Below, in pieces: positions 1 through 9,619 of a stretch of DNA of 64,000 nt; position 1 is the stretch's first letter, and each line of letters starts with the position of its first letter. A program made the translations under genes and the position numbers. The notes under the pieces were generated by a model. It did not search any database, had not been told where the DNA came from, and was given only the letters and a program-made list of their open reading frames with translations. The stretch is from Vampirovibrio chlorellavorus (GTDB taxonomy: Bacteria; Cyanobacteriota; Vampirovibrionia; Vampirovibrionales; Vampirovibrionaceae). Location: contig LAPX01000001.1 of NCBI GenBank assembly GCA_001858525.1, positions 161,473 to 225,472 of the forward strand, read 5' to 3'.

Positions 1-1
1 T

Positions 2-130
2 AAATCCTATGAGACTTACCTGCAACTTACCCCGGACGCTTCCGACAAGGTTCAGGTGCAGGCTAAAATTGCGGAGGTCAAGAAGAAATGGACCGTCAAT
101 CCCTCCTCCCCAACCAAGCCATCCAAATAG
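2..130 (+). CDS. 3' end of a gene cut by the window edge, probably a TPR protein
   Basis: Frame-2 translation KSYETYLQLTPDASDKVQVQAKIAEVKKKWTVNPSSPTKPSK* resembles a last TPR plus capping helix; TAG at 128-130. Confidence 0.5.
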   Translation, partial: KSYETYLQLTPDASDKVQVQAKIAEVKKKWTVNPSSPTKPSK

Positions 131-402
131 GCAACCTAACGTCTAGTCTTCAACTGGGCCTAAGGCTGTTTGCCTTTTCTCTCGTCGTTAGTGTCTTGTG
201 GTTTTGCGCAGCGGCCCAAGCAGATAGCAGCACCGCTGCAAAGTCCACCGCGAATGGCAGTAATACCAGTCGCAGTAGCTCTGGCAAACCCCAGAGCGAT
301 AGCAAAACCAAGATCAACACCGGGCCTCAAGCCCAACCCAGACCCACTATCCAGTTAATGCCGACCATCCAGCAACGTGAATCTATCAAACCCAGACTCT
401 AA
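88..402 (+). CDS. hypothetical protein with a signal/TM segment and a Ser/Thr-rich tail
   Basis: ORF with hydrophobic stretch LFAFSLVVSVLWFCAAAQA; overlaps both neighbours in an operon-like way. Confidence 0.4.
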   Translation: MDRQSLLPNQAIQIGNLTSSLQLGLRLFAFSLVVSVLWFCAAAQADSSTAAKSTANGSNTSRSSSGKPQSDSKTKINTGPQAQPRPTIQLMPTIQQRESIKPRL

Positions 403-925
403 AACGCTGACCCACAGCCGCATTTACCTGACCGGTTTTATGGGAGCCGGGAAATCTACCATTGGGAAAATTCTGGCCCACCGCATTGGGTACCGCTTTT
501 ACGACACCGACCATTTGGTGGTCAAAGGCTTTCGTAAGCCTATGTCCTCTATTTTTGCGGAAAACGGGGAAGTGGCCTTTCGCAAAGCGGAGCTCATGGT
601 ACTCAAGGAGCTGGCCCAGCGCCATCAGGTCATCATTTCGACCGGGGGCGGCACGCTGGTGCGGGATGAAACCTTTCAGATTGCCCGAGAGACCGGTTTA
701 TTGATTTATCTGCGGGCGCCCGTGTCCGATTTATACGAGCGGGTGATTTTCAGCCCCAAAGATAGGCCCCAAGTGGATGTCCCCGAAGAGGAAGCCACCT
801 TTCGGCAACGACGCCACTACTACGAGCAAGCAGACTTTACTGTAGACACCATTCATCGCAAACCCGATGATGTGGTGCAGGAAATTATGTGGGGACTCAA
901 CCTGAAAGCATTCGGCCATGCCTAG
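377..925 (+). CDS. aroK: shikimate kinase
   Basis: P-loop GFMGAGKST, D-T-D, STGGG and RP motifs; directly upstream of aroB. Confidence 0.93.
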   Translation: MNLSNPDSKTLTHSRIYLTGFMGAGKSTIGKILAHRIGYRFYDTDHLVVKGFRKPMSSIFAENGEVAFRKAELMVLKELAQRHQVIISTGGGTLVRDETFQIARETGLLIYLRAPVSDLYERVIFSPKDRPQVDVPEEEATFRQRRHYYEQADFTVDTIHRKPDDVVQEIMWGLNLKAFGHA

Positions 926-2054
926 TCCCGCCGATTTAAGCACCTCCCAGATTTCTCACATTGAAGTGATTTTAAACGGGGGAGAACCCCGACGTTACCC
1001 CATCGTGGCGCAGGCAGGCCTGATGGCAGGACTGGGCCAGGAGTGCCGCCAGTTGGGCTCTTTGGGTAAAAAAGTGTTAATCCTGACCGACGCCAACCTG
1101 CAAAACCGCTACCTCAACCAGGTTCAAGCCAGCTTGCAGCAGGCCGGATTCGAAGTGTCCTCGGTGGTGCTGGATGCCGGGGAACCGAGTAAAAGCCTGA
1201 CACAAGCCCAATTCGTTTACCAAACCCTGATTCAGCAGGGCTTTACCCGGAAAGATACCCTGCTTGGCCTGGGGGGCGGGGTGGTTGGCGATTTAAGCGG
1301 CTTTTGCGCTTCCACCTATCACCGGGGGATGACCCTGATTCATGTGCCCACCACGCTGGTGGCTCAAGTAGATTCGGCCATTGGGGGCAAAACGGCGGTC
1401 AATCTGGGGCAAATCAAAAACATGGTGGGAACCTTCTACCAGCCCAAAGCCGTGTTCGCCGATACCGACACCCTGAACACTCTTCCCCCTCGGGAGTTTA
1501 TGGCCGGGATGGCCGAAGTCATTAAATACGGCTTGATTGAAACTTCTTGCGATGGGCAAACCGGCTTTTTTGACTGGCTGGAAACCCATGCCAGCAATCT
1601 TAATGCGGTATTACCGGCCATGATTCACCGGTGTGCGGCCATCAAGGCTGCCGTGGTGATGGCCGATGAGCTGGAAACCAAGGGGCTGCGCTTTTTCCTG
1701 AATCTGGGCCACACCTTCGGCCATGCCTACGAGACTCTCAGTGAGTATGGCATTTTACACGGGGAGGCCGTGGCCATTGGCATGCGGCTGGCCGTCCGGT
1801 TGTCCGTTGAACTGGGTTTAATTGAAGCCACGCTGTTACAGCGGCTGGATGGCCTGTATCAGCAGGTGGGGCTTTCCAGTGTGCTGGAAAACGCCCCGCA
1901 CTTCCCGGCGACCGAAGTGCTGGCCATTATGAAACACGATAAAAAGAACCAGGATGCTGGCATTAAGCTGATTCTCCCTCACCAGACCCTTGGTCGGGTC
2001 GTCGTACGAGATGACATTCCCGATGCGGCCATTTTATCAGTTTTAAAAGCTTAG
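918..2054 (+). CDS. aroB: 3-dehydroquinate synthase
   Basis: GGGVVGDLSGF, PTTLVAQVDSAIGGKT, LNLGHTFGHA, HGEAVAIG, HDKK motifs. Confidence 0.96.
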   Translation: MPSPADLSTSQISHIEVILNGGEPRRYPIVAQAGLMAGLGQECRQLGSLGKKVLILTDANLQNRYLNQVQASLQQAGFEVSSVVLDAGEPSKSLTQAQFVYQTLIQQGFTRKDTLLGLGGGVVGDLSGFCASTYHRGMTLIHVPTTLVAQVDSAIGGKTAVNLGQIKNMVGTFYQPKAVFADTDTLNTLPPREFMAGMAEVIKYGLIETSCDGQTGFFDWLETHASNLNAVLPAMIHRCAAIKAAVVMADELETKGLRFFLNLGHTFGHAYETLSEYGILHGEAVAIGMRLAVRLSVELGLIEATLLQRLDGLYQQVGLSSVLENAPHFPATEVLAIMKHDKKNQDAGIKLILPHQTLGRVVVRDDIPDAAILSVLKA

Positions 2055-2074
2055 ATAAGCTGCCTTACCTGAAC

Positions 2075-2356
2075 TCAAAGTCCATTGATTTCAATAGAAC
2101 TCCGCCGGGGGTCGATCAAGGGCACATCGGTTTCTAAAATCTCCCGGGGGAACAACATTCGGCTGCGAAAGGCCCGTTGTTCGGCCAGCCAGTGCATGTT
2201 CCACAAAATTTCCGCCAGATTTTCCGGCTCTCGAGCGGGATCCTGAAGCAAAATCGATTCCTTTAACTGAAATTGCTCCCCAGAAACGGCCCCAGCTGGA
2301 GACACGCACCCCATCAGCAGCGTGCAGACACAGAGCAAGCTCCACCTATTTCGCAT
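2075..2356 (-). CDS. hypothetical exported protein
   Basis: ORF with N-terminal signal-like segment; AAGGGG RBS-like sequence upstream. Confidence 0.45.
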   Translation of the reverse strand: MRNRWSLLCVCTLLMGCVSPAGAVSGEQFQLKESILLQDPAREPENLAEILWNMHWLAEQRAFRSRMLFPREILETDVPLIDPRRSSIEINGL

Positions 2357-2513
2357 GTCACTGTCCCCTTCTGTTCAGAACCCAAACAGCTGCCTATACT
2401 GACGAGTGCTGTTCGGGCTTCCAAGTATTACTGTACTGGATTATGCCAGAGCTTTGAATCGTCCAGTTGACGGGAATTTAATCAATTGACCCGAGTAAAC
2501 ACACCCCTGAGAT

Positions 2514-3110
2514 TTATACCGATTGTCGACCTTGCAAGGCCCGAGTAATGGTCATGCTATCAGCATACTCCAGATCAGCGCCAACCGGCAAGCCAAAGGC
2601 AATACGAGTGAGCTTGATGCCCAGCGGTTTAATCAGGCGAGACAGGTACAAGCTGGTGGTATCACCCTCAATAGACGGCGGCAGGGCCAAAATGACCTCT
2701 TCCACATCGGGATTGGACAACCGGGCCAGCAGTTCCTTGATTTTCAAATCTTCCGGGCTAATGCCTTCCAACGGGGAAATCAACCCTTGCAGCACATGAT
2801 ACACCCCTTTGAACTCCCCGGTGCGCTCCAGTGCGTATAAATCCTTGGGCTCGGAGACCAGACAAATGGTTTGCTGCTTGCGATTGGGCTGCACGCATAA
2901 CTCACACACGCTTTGGGCCGACAGGTTGAAGCACTGCTGGCAGTACCCAATCTTGTCGCGGGCTTCCAGTAGGGCATCCGAGAAAGTGCGCACATCCTCC
3001 GGCGGTTGTTTCAGCACGTGAAAGGCCAACCGCTGGGCGGACTTGGGGCCAATCCCCGGTAATTTCTGAAACTCTTCAATCAGGCGAGCGAGCGGTAGGG
3101 TGTAACTCAT
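2514..3110 (-). CDS. recR: recombination mediator RecR
   Basis: LPGIGPKSAQRLA HhH, C4 zinc finger CQQC..CELC, Toprim domain, RIAFGLPVGADLEYAD. Confidence 0.97.
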   Translation of the reverse strand: MSYTLPLARLIEEFQKLPGIGPKSAQRLAFHVLKQPPEDVRTFSDALLEARDKIGYCQQCFNLSAQSVCELCVQPNRKQQTICLVSEPKDLYALERTGEFKGVYHVLQGLISPLEGISPEDLKIKELLARLSNPDVEEVILALPPSIEGDTTSLYLSRLIKPLGIKLTRIAFGLPVGADLEYADSMTITRALQGRQSV

Positions 3111-3238
3111 GGGGTGCTTTCAATGCAAAATGTAGTATCGAAGGGGTCTTGTGTTTATTGTACCCAAGAAAGCCATGCCTGCGGAAAGAAAGACTTTTCG
3201 CAGGCACAGCAAAAGGTAAAACCAAGAATAGGGACGCT

Positions 3239-3556
3239 TTAGAAACCGGGGAGTTTCAAACCGGGAATGTTCAGCCCAGCGGTGATTTTGGACATTTTTT
3301 GTTCCATGGTGTCGGTCACTTTGCTGCTGGCGTCTTTCAAAGCGGCCAACACCAAGTCTTCCAGCATGTCCCGATCGCTCAAGGCATCTTCCTTGATTTT
3401 CACGGCGGTAAACTCGTACTTGCCGTTGCAAGTAATGGTCACAGCACCACCACCGGCAGTTCCGGTGAACTCGGCCCGTTCCATTTCGGTTTGCACGTCC
3501 TTCATCTGGTCCTGCATTTTTTGGGCCTGTTTCATCATTTGCTGGATATTAAACAT
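3239..3556 (-). CDS. ybaB: YbaB/EbfC nucleoid-associated protein
   Basis: MFNIQQMMKQAQKMQ...GGGAV...DMLEDLVLAA; adjacent to recR; start moved to ATG at 3556. Confidence 0.93.
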   Translation of the reverse strand: MFNIQQMMKQAQKMQDQMKDVQTEMERAEFTGTAGGGAVTITCNGKYEFTAVKIKEDALSDRDMLEDLVLAALKDASSKVTDTMEQKMSKITAGLNIPGLKLPGF

Positions 3557-3888
3557 GTCGATGCCTTTCTCTGCACTCAAAATCAAAATCGGGAATGGAC
3601 TGCGAGCCCGCAAACGGGTCGGGACAAACGGGCGGACAAACCATCCAACCAATCCATTGGGGGAAATTATACCCCAAAGAGCTCTCGGTTCAAAAAGACC
3701 GTCCACCGGGCATTGACGAACCCTCCATTTATTACAGCGATAACATGTAACGAGATCTTCAAACACTGATCCTTCGGCATCGATCCCTTGGACGATTTCA
3801 AGCGAACGCCCAGCCCCTACAATAAGAGTATCCCGGTAAGCGAAGGGCGCCAGGCCGGGTTTGTGGTGATATTCGTGGAATTGGTTAG

Positions 3889-4767
3889 ATGACCCCTTCT
3901 CAAGGGAGCTGTGGAATTACAATGAGCTTAAATGAACAGCGGCAAGCCACCCAACCGGGGCTTCGATACTCCAGCAAGCTGATGACCGCGCTGAACCGGT
4001 TTACCGGCGGCTTGGCCACAGAAGTGACCAACCCCTTGAAGGTCAAATACGGCAAAGCTTACGATTACCTGATTTCAGGCGATACGCACCGCTACCGCGA
4101 AGAAATTGACACGGCCATTGCTCAGTATCGCTTGGCCCTGGAGCAACGCCAGGATTTTACAGAAGCCTACGTGGGCATTGCCAAGTGTCTGCGCCGCAAA
4201 GGGGATAGCCTGGGAGCCATTCAGTATCTGGATCAAGCCCTATCCCAGAACGGTTTCCGTAAAGAGTTACATCAAGACATCGCCAAGTGTTACGCCGAAT
4301 GCGGCTACACGGCCAAGGCCATTTACCACTACGAACGGGCCATCAAGCTGGACCGTCAATCCGTAGAAGCCCGCTTTGGACTGGCATTGGTCGTAGAAAT
4401 GACCGAAGATTTTGACTACACCGTCCGCTTGTACCAACAGATTATTGACATTGAACCGGAATTTCTGCCCGCCTATAACAATCTGGGAAGCATCTTGATG
4501 CGACTGGGGCGCTACGATGAGGCCGAGGCCCTGTTTAACACCCTGATTGCCAAAGCACCGGATTTTACCCGTGGACATTTGGGGTTGGCCATTACCCTGG
4601 ACAAAGCCGGAAAGCGCCAACAGGCCATTAACAGCTACCAGGAAGTGCTGCGCCTGCGGCCTTCCAGCAAAAACAGCGAGTTTATTGAAAAGCGCATTGT
4701 CAACCTGAATGCCGAGTTGGGCCGGGTGAAATCTAGTAAAAATGCCACTTTGGTCCGTATTAAATAA
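3889..4767 (+). CDS. tetratricopeptide repeat protein
   Basis: Multiple TPR consensus repeats (AYNNLGSIL..LGRYDEA etc.); exact start uncertain. Confidence 0.85.
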   Translation: MTPSQGSCGITMSLNEQRQATQPGLRYSSKLMTALNRFTGGLATEVTNPLKVKYGKAYDYLISGDTHRYREEIDTAIAQYRLALEQRQDFTEAYVGIAKCLRRKGDSLGAIQYLDQALSQNGFRKELHQDIAKCYAECGYTAKAIYHYERAIKLDRQSVEARFGLALVVEMTEDFDYTVRLYQQIIDIEPEFLPAYNNLGSILMRLGRYDEAEALFNTLIAKAPDFTRGHLGLAITLDKAGKRQQAINSYQEVLRLRPSSKNSEFIEKRIVNLNAELGRVKSSKNATLVRIK

Positions 4768-4960
4768 CGGTGCGCATTAAATAGTACGGGCTCGACAAGG
4801 TCAGTACCCGGCCGCAAGCCATTTTTGCAGATTCATATACAGCGCGTTAAAAAAAGTGCCGGGAAGCTTTGATAAAGGTTTTCAGGTTTTCTGAGCTGTA
4901 CGCAGTTTTATAACCGTGTTGAGGCAGAATATTTTACTTCAGTAAAACAGCGCCAAAATA

Positions 4961-4991
4961 AAACCGGGAGGCGGATGGGCACTCCCGGTTT
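4961..4991. terminator. probable bidirectional intrinsic terminator
   Basis: AAACCGGGAG...CTCCCGGTTT inverted repeat between convergent genes. Confidence 0.6.
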
Positions 4992-5014
4992 CAAGATTGA
5001 GAATTTTAGAGACG

Positions 5015-6889
5015 CTACTTTTCCTGAATCCAGATTTCTTCCAGATTGTGGAAAGCTTCCAGCGGGGTAGGGTCCACGTTTTGAATGCGAGTACGCACCG
5101 CCAGAATATTCAACGGAGAATACAGGTAAATAAACGGGGCCTGATCGTAAACCACCTGCTGTAATTCGTCGTACACCTTGTGACGGGCCTTCACATCAAA
5201 GGTCTGAGAACCCTGCTCGATTAAGTCATCCAATTGCTTTTCCCATGGCAAACGATCGCTGATATCGGTGGGCTTTCCGGCCTCAATTTTGCGCTGGTTG
5301 AACATGTGAATGGAACCATCACTGCGCCAGACGTTGGCCCCGCTGTGCGGCTCCAGCTGGCTACCGGTCAAGCCCATAATCATGGCCTCCCAACTGCCGT
5401 CCTTCAGGTTGCCAATCAGGACGTTAAAATCGATGGGCTTGAAGTTCACCTTCATACCCAACTGGGCCAAATCCTGCTTGATATTGACCCCGATGGCTTC
5501 CCGCTCGGTGTTGCCGCTATTGGTGTAAAGGTTAAATTCCACCACATGGCCCTGCTTGTCATGCAGAATGCCTTGTTTATCCCAGGTAAAGCCGCTTTTC
5601 TTGAGCAACTCACGGGCGTAAGTGGCATCCGCTTCAAAGCCCTTGGCCAACTTGGTGTTCAGATAAATGGAAGCCAACGCCTCAGAGGTAAACAAGGGCG
5701 CTCCCACCCCTTTCAGGATGTTATCCACAATATCCTGGCGCTTGATGGTGTGGTTGATGGCCTGGCGAAAATTCACATCCCGGAACCAGGCGGACTTGAT
5801 GGGGTCCACAAACGGCTTACCCTGATCGTTCTTGCGGTTGTTCAGGTTCAGGGTCATAAACACTGTGCCGGACGCAGGTCCGAGATTGTACAAATTAAAG
5901 TCGGGCTTTTTCAGTTGCCGCACATGAGACAGCAAGTTGCCCGGTACGTTGTACACATCCACTTTGCCTTGCTCAAACTGCAAGCCCTGGTTGTTCATAT
6001 CGCCCACAAAACTCATGGCGTAGCGATCCATGTAGGGTAGGCGACGGTTCTGGGCATCCACCATAAAAAAGTTGGGATTGCGCTTGAAAACGGCCTTCTG
6101 GCGAGGCACATAACTTTCCAGCAACCACATGCCCCCGGATACAAATTTCTGAGGGGTCTTGGCCGCTTCGGACACACCCATAAAGGCGGAAAAGGCGGCA
6201 TCCCCCTTGGCGACCACCGGCTTGAAAATATGGGCCGGGGCAATGCCTTCGCCCAGATTTCGCAAAAACGGGGCAAAGGGCTTGGCGGTTTTGAATTGAA
6301 TAGTCAAATCATCCAAAGCTTTTACTTCCGGAAACTTGCCGTCCACCAGCACCACATCCCGATGACTGGCGTTGCCCAGCCCGGCTTTTACAATTTCATT
6401 CCAGGTAAACACCACGTCTTTAGCGGTCAATGGTTGACCATCCGACCATTTCAGGCCCTTGCGCAAAACGACGGTGTAGGTCATTTTGTCATCGCCAATG
6501 GTGACCGATTTGGCCAGATACGGAATGGGCTCCCCGGTGTAAGCATCAGTGGTTACCAAACCGGCGAACAACATGCCGCCCAGGGTACTGGAAGTGGCAT
6601 CGGTGGAAGCCCAGGGATTAAACGTTTTAGGGCCATCGCTAATCTGGTTATCGAAGAAAGTGCCCCCAAACTGTCCCACATGGCCACGGGCCTGCATCAA
6701 TTCGGCCCCATCCACCACCACGGTTTGAAACGGTCCGCGTGGGGTGGGTTTTACGCTGAGAATGGGTTTTCCCGCTCCGGCGATACTTTTGCCATATCCG
6801 GCCGTGGAGCCTCCCGGAGGGGGCGGGGCGCATCCAGCCATCGTTCCTAAAACCATAACGATAGACAAAGCCGACAGGGTGCGTTTCAT
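5015..6889 (-). CDS. peptide/nickel ABC transporter substrate-binding lipoprotein (family 5)
   Basis: Lipobox MAGC, PKTFNPW, LRKGLKWSDGQPLTAKDVVFT, FRQAINHTI motifs; no permease genes adjacent. Confidence 0.9.
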   Translation of the reverse strand: MKRTLSALSIVMVLGTMAGCAPPPPGGSTAGYGKSIAGAGKPILSVKPTPRGPFQTVVVDGAELMQARGHVGQFGGTFFDNQISDGPKTFNPWASTDATSSTLGGMLFAGLVTTDAYTGEPIPYLAKSVTIGDDKMTYTVVLRKGLKWSDGQPLTAKDVVFTWNEIVKAGLGNASHRDVVLVDGKFPEVKALDDLTIQFKTAKPFAPFLRNLGEGIAPAHIFKPVVAKGDAAFSAFMGVSEAAKTPQKFVSGGMWLLESYVPRQKAVFKRNPNFFMVDAQNRRLPYMDRYAMSFVGDMNNQGLQFEQGKVDVYNVPGNLLSHVRQLKKPDFNLYNLGPASGTVFMTLNLNNRKNDQGKPFVDPIKSAWFRDVNFRQAINHTIKRQDIVDNILKGVGAPLFTSEALASIYLNTKLAKGFEADATYARELLKKSGFTWDKQGILHDKQGHVVEFNLYTNSGNTEREAIGVNIKQDLAQLGMKVNFKPIDFNVLIGNLKDGSWEAMIMGLTGSQLEPHSGANVWRSDGSIHMFNQRKIEAGKPTDISDRLPWEKQLDDLIEQGSQTFDVKARHKVYDELQQVVYDQAPFIYLYSPLNILAVRTRIQNVDPTPLEAFHNLEEIWIQEK

Positions 6890-7129
6890 ATCAAAATACC
6901 GCCTCACAAGGACTAAAACGAAGTTTCAAAGCCGCCCTATTATAGCTTGAAAAGCCAGTGCTGACCAATTGGCCCTGTTCAGGCCGGAGCCATTGCACTT
7001 TCGACCAGATGGCCTACAATAAAGAATATAAAAACAAAAATATTGACCATCCGGTGGATGAGCGACTTTGAAGGATTTCCTACAATAAAAGTACGATCCA
7101 ATTTACGTAACAAAGAGAGTGTGTGAAAG

Positions 7130-7306
7130 ATGACCTTCCGAGAGCTGGCCTTCCAGGAGGATCTCAATTTGTCCTCCGCCCTGCTGAACCAAGATCAGGA
7201 CAAAAACGTCTTCAAAGCGTTACTGGAAAACCAAAGCCCGGTGATGAAAGTATGGTTCCTCATCATGCTGATCAATCTGGGGTTATTTTTAGTCGTCGTC
7301 CATTAA
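7130..7306 (+). CDS. small 58-aa membrane protein (absent from the ORF track)
   Basis: MTFRELAFQEDLNLSSALLNQDQDKNVFKALLENQSPVMKVWFLIMLINLGLFLVVVH*; C-terminal TM helix, TACAAT -10 upstream, terminator downstream. Confidence 0.55.
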   Translation: MTFRELAFQEDLNLSSALLNQDQDKNVFKALLENQSPVMKVWFLIMLINLGLFLVVVH

Positions 7307-7380
7307 GTGTTTTAAATTTACGCCCCTGTTTCAAGCATGACCGGGTGCGTCCAGTGGAGATTAACATTGAAATTTGATGA

Positions 7381-7413
7381 AGCGCCCTGACCTTAGCGGT
7401 CGGGCGTTTTTTT
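7381..7413 (+). terminator. intrinsic terminator
   Basis: CGCCCTGACC-ttagc-GGTCGGGCG followed by a T run. Confidence 0.7.
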
Positions 7414-7442
7414 ATTCGTTTCGCAATAATCCCCTGCCATGT

Positions 7443-7562
7443 TGTCATTCCCGCGCAGGCGGGAATCCAGATACAGAGCTTGCATCAGCCATAAGAAATG
7501 CCTTCCTGATAATCTTTTTCTGGGTAATCTTTTTCTGGATTCCCGCCTGCGCGGGAATGACA
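7443..7562. repeat. REP/dRS3-like inverted doublet, copy 1
   Basis: TGTCATTCCCGCGCAGGCGGGAATCCAG (7443-7470) and its reverse complement (7535-7562). Confidence 0.85.
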
Positions 7563-7691
7563 GACTTGCGCCACTGTGACTTTTCTCACGGGAACAATCA
7601 GTTTTCAAAAAATGACTGTTGTCACCAAGTGACGTTACGCCACAGAATGACAGGCTATGCAGGAAACTGACTTCAGCAATCAATCAGATCG

Positions 7692-8588
7692 CTATTCGGT
7701 TGGAGTGGCGGACTGCAACAGGCAACTTTTTTCCAGAAAAGTCGGCACACCCGGTTCACTCAATGTCCGGCGATTGCTGTTGTAAATACTGTTTTTAACC
7801 GCCTGAACCTGCATGGCCAGCCTCTGAGCGGCAGCCATTTCATTGCGCTCACTGAGAATTTGCACCGAACGGGCCAGTTGACGATAGGCCTCATCCTGAA
7901 AGTTTAGTTCGCTCAAAACCAGACCCAGGTTATAGCGGCTCTGATAGCTATCCGGCCGCAACTGAAGGGCTTTACAGTAAGTCTTGGCCGCCGCGGTGCC
8001 ATCCCCCAGATTTTGATACGCCACGCCCAAATTAAACTGGGTCTGGAATTGCCCGGCATCCAGCTTTAAAGCCTCCTGAAAATAATAGCGGGCCTGGGTG
8101 TAAAGCCACTTCCGCACAGAGTCTCGAGTTTCTTGCGAGTTTTCCGCCGCCGTTTTATAGACGCCCCCCAGGGTGGACAACAATCGGGCGTTGTGCGGAT
8201 ACCGCTTCAAGGCTTGTCGCAATTCGGTAATACTTTCATTGACCCGGCTGGGCTGCTGCTTCAGCACATTGGCCAAACCAATCCGAGCCTCCAAATGCTC
8301 GGGGTCCTGTCGCAAAATCCCTCGGTACAATGCTTCCGCCTGAGCGGGCTGATTGTTTTTCAGGTGCCACCAAGCCAATCGCATGCTGATTTCCACATTG
8401 TCCGGATATTGCTTATGGCCCGCCTCATACAGTTCAATGCCTTTTTCCCAATTATGGGCTGCCAGCGCCTTTTGCGCCGATCGCTCAATCTCGTTGGCCC
8501 GCCCGTAACTCAACAGAGCCTTAAAATTAAAGGCCACTGTGGCCACAATCCCCAGAAACAACAAAAAACTGAGTACACGATAAAACAT
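7692..8588 (-). CDS. membrane-anchored TPR protein
   Basis: N-terminal TM helix then TPR repeats (QFNLGVAYQNLG, RYNLGLVL). Confidence 0.85.
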   Translation of the reverse strand: MFYRVLSFLLFLGIVATVAFNFKALLSYGRANEIERSAQKALAAHNWEKGIELYEAGHKQYPDNVEISMRLAWWHLKNNQPAQAEALYRGILRQDPEHLEARIGLANVLKQQPSRVNESITELRQALKRYPHNARLLSTLGGVYKTAAENSQETRDSVRKWLYTQARYYFQEALKLDAGQFQTQFNLGVAYQNLGDGTAAAKTYCKALQLRPDSYQSRYNLGLVLSELNFQDEAYRQLARSVQILSERNEMAAAQRLAMQVQAVKNSIYNSNRRTLSEPGVPTFLEKSCLLQSATPTE

Positions 8589-8591
8589 AAC

Positions 8592-9272
8592 TTATCCGGC
8601 ATCCACAGTTGGCAAAGGCTGATGGCGGCTATTCTCATTGCGGAAATCCACAAACGGGGTCAAGCTCAGCACCAGCACAATCAACAAGAGATCCAGCTTG
8701 TACAAACTTTCTGAAAGGCGATGGGTTTGCTCAAACCGCTGGCCTTGCACTGTGTTTAACGCCCGATGCACCCCGGCCCGGTTCATGGCCCCAATCTGCG
8801 GATTGACCACCACCGTGGCGTAGAGCAAAGTGACCGTCAACAAGCCCAGTGTCGCCAAGCGCAACTTGCCCCATAGCCCCTGCATCCAGAGTGCTGGCAA
8901 GGCCACCCGGCGTAAGCCTTCTCCCAACAAGGCCAAGCCCAGGGCAATTTGCAGCACCCGATCGAAGCGGGTAAAAATCTGAGCCATCAGCGGGGCGGCT
9001 TCATCACGCGGTAAGGTATGAAAGACCACCGGAGCAGTAAAGGCACCCAAAGCCAGCATGCCGCCAGCCATCAGGGCCAGCCCAATGCTTTGCAGGGCAG
9101 TTCCTGCGGGAAACAATCCCCACTGGATGCCAGAGCATCTGACCGATTGACTCGCCTGTTGACTCATCTGTGCTATTCCTGCGTTATTCGAATGACTTGC
9201 CGACGACCTTTTCATTATACGAGATTCCCGATAAGAGATCCCAGACCCCTTGGCGGAAGTGGTATCCAGCAT
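8592..9272 (-). CDS. DUF4149/TMEM205-like membrane protein
   Basis: GGMLALGAFTAPVVF..LPRDEA, FEQTHRLS motifs and four TM helices; true start probably downstream of 9272. Confidence 0.7.
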   Translation of the reverse strand: MLDTTSAKGSGISYRESRIMKRSSASHSNNAGIAQMSQQASQSVRCSGIQWGLFPAGTALQSIGLALMAGGMLALGAFTAPVVFHTLPRDEAAPLMAQIFTRFDRVLQIALGLALLGEGLRRVALPALWMQGLWGKLRLATLGLLTVTLLYATVVVNPQIGAMNRAGVHRALNTVQGQRFEQTHRLSESLYKLDLLLIVLVLSLTPFVDFRNENSRHQPLPTVDAG

Positions 9273-9619
9273 GAGGCGCTAATCCTTGCTATGGTTGAGT
9301 TTGCCCCCTACTGAAAGCGGTGATAGGATGAAAGCCTCATAAAATACAATCCCTAAAAACGATCCATTTTTGAACCCGTAATGTTCTGAACGATTCTTTA
9401 CTCCTCTTTATTAAAGGCGTGGACGGTTTCAGGTCATCATCCTTTACAAAGCCGAATATCTTGCCGAGTCAATACGCAGGATTGTATTCCGGCAACAACT
9501 ACCCCGCTCCAACCAGCCCTTATTAACGAGACTATTTTTTAACCCGCCACCCGCATGGGCAATAGACTTTGCTGAAAGTCCCATGCGTACACTCAAAGCG
9601 ATAGGGAGAGAAATCACTT

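Noticed and set aside
760..830. Possibly shortened lid/C-terminal helix in AroK
   Set aside because: Frame and key motifs are intact; cannot distinguish from normal length variation without an alignment
3560..3880. SRP RNA (ffs) or dnaX expected upstream of ybaB-recR
   Set aside because: No SRP domain IV motif or dnaX frame could be found on either strand
7123..7683. ORFs 7123-7377, 7374-7670 and 7393-7683
   Set aside because: They run across a terminator and the REP doublet or overlap the better 7130-7306 ORF; translations such as CHSRAGGNP and WIPACAGMT come from the repeat
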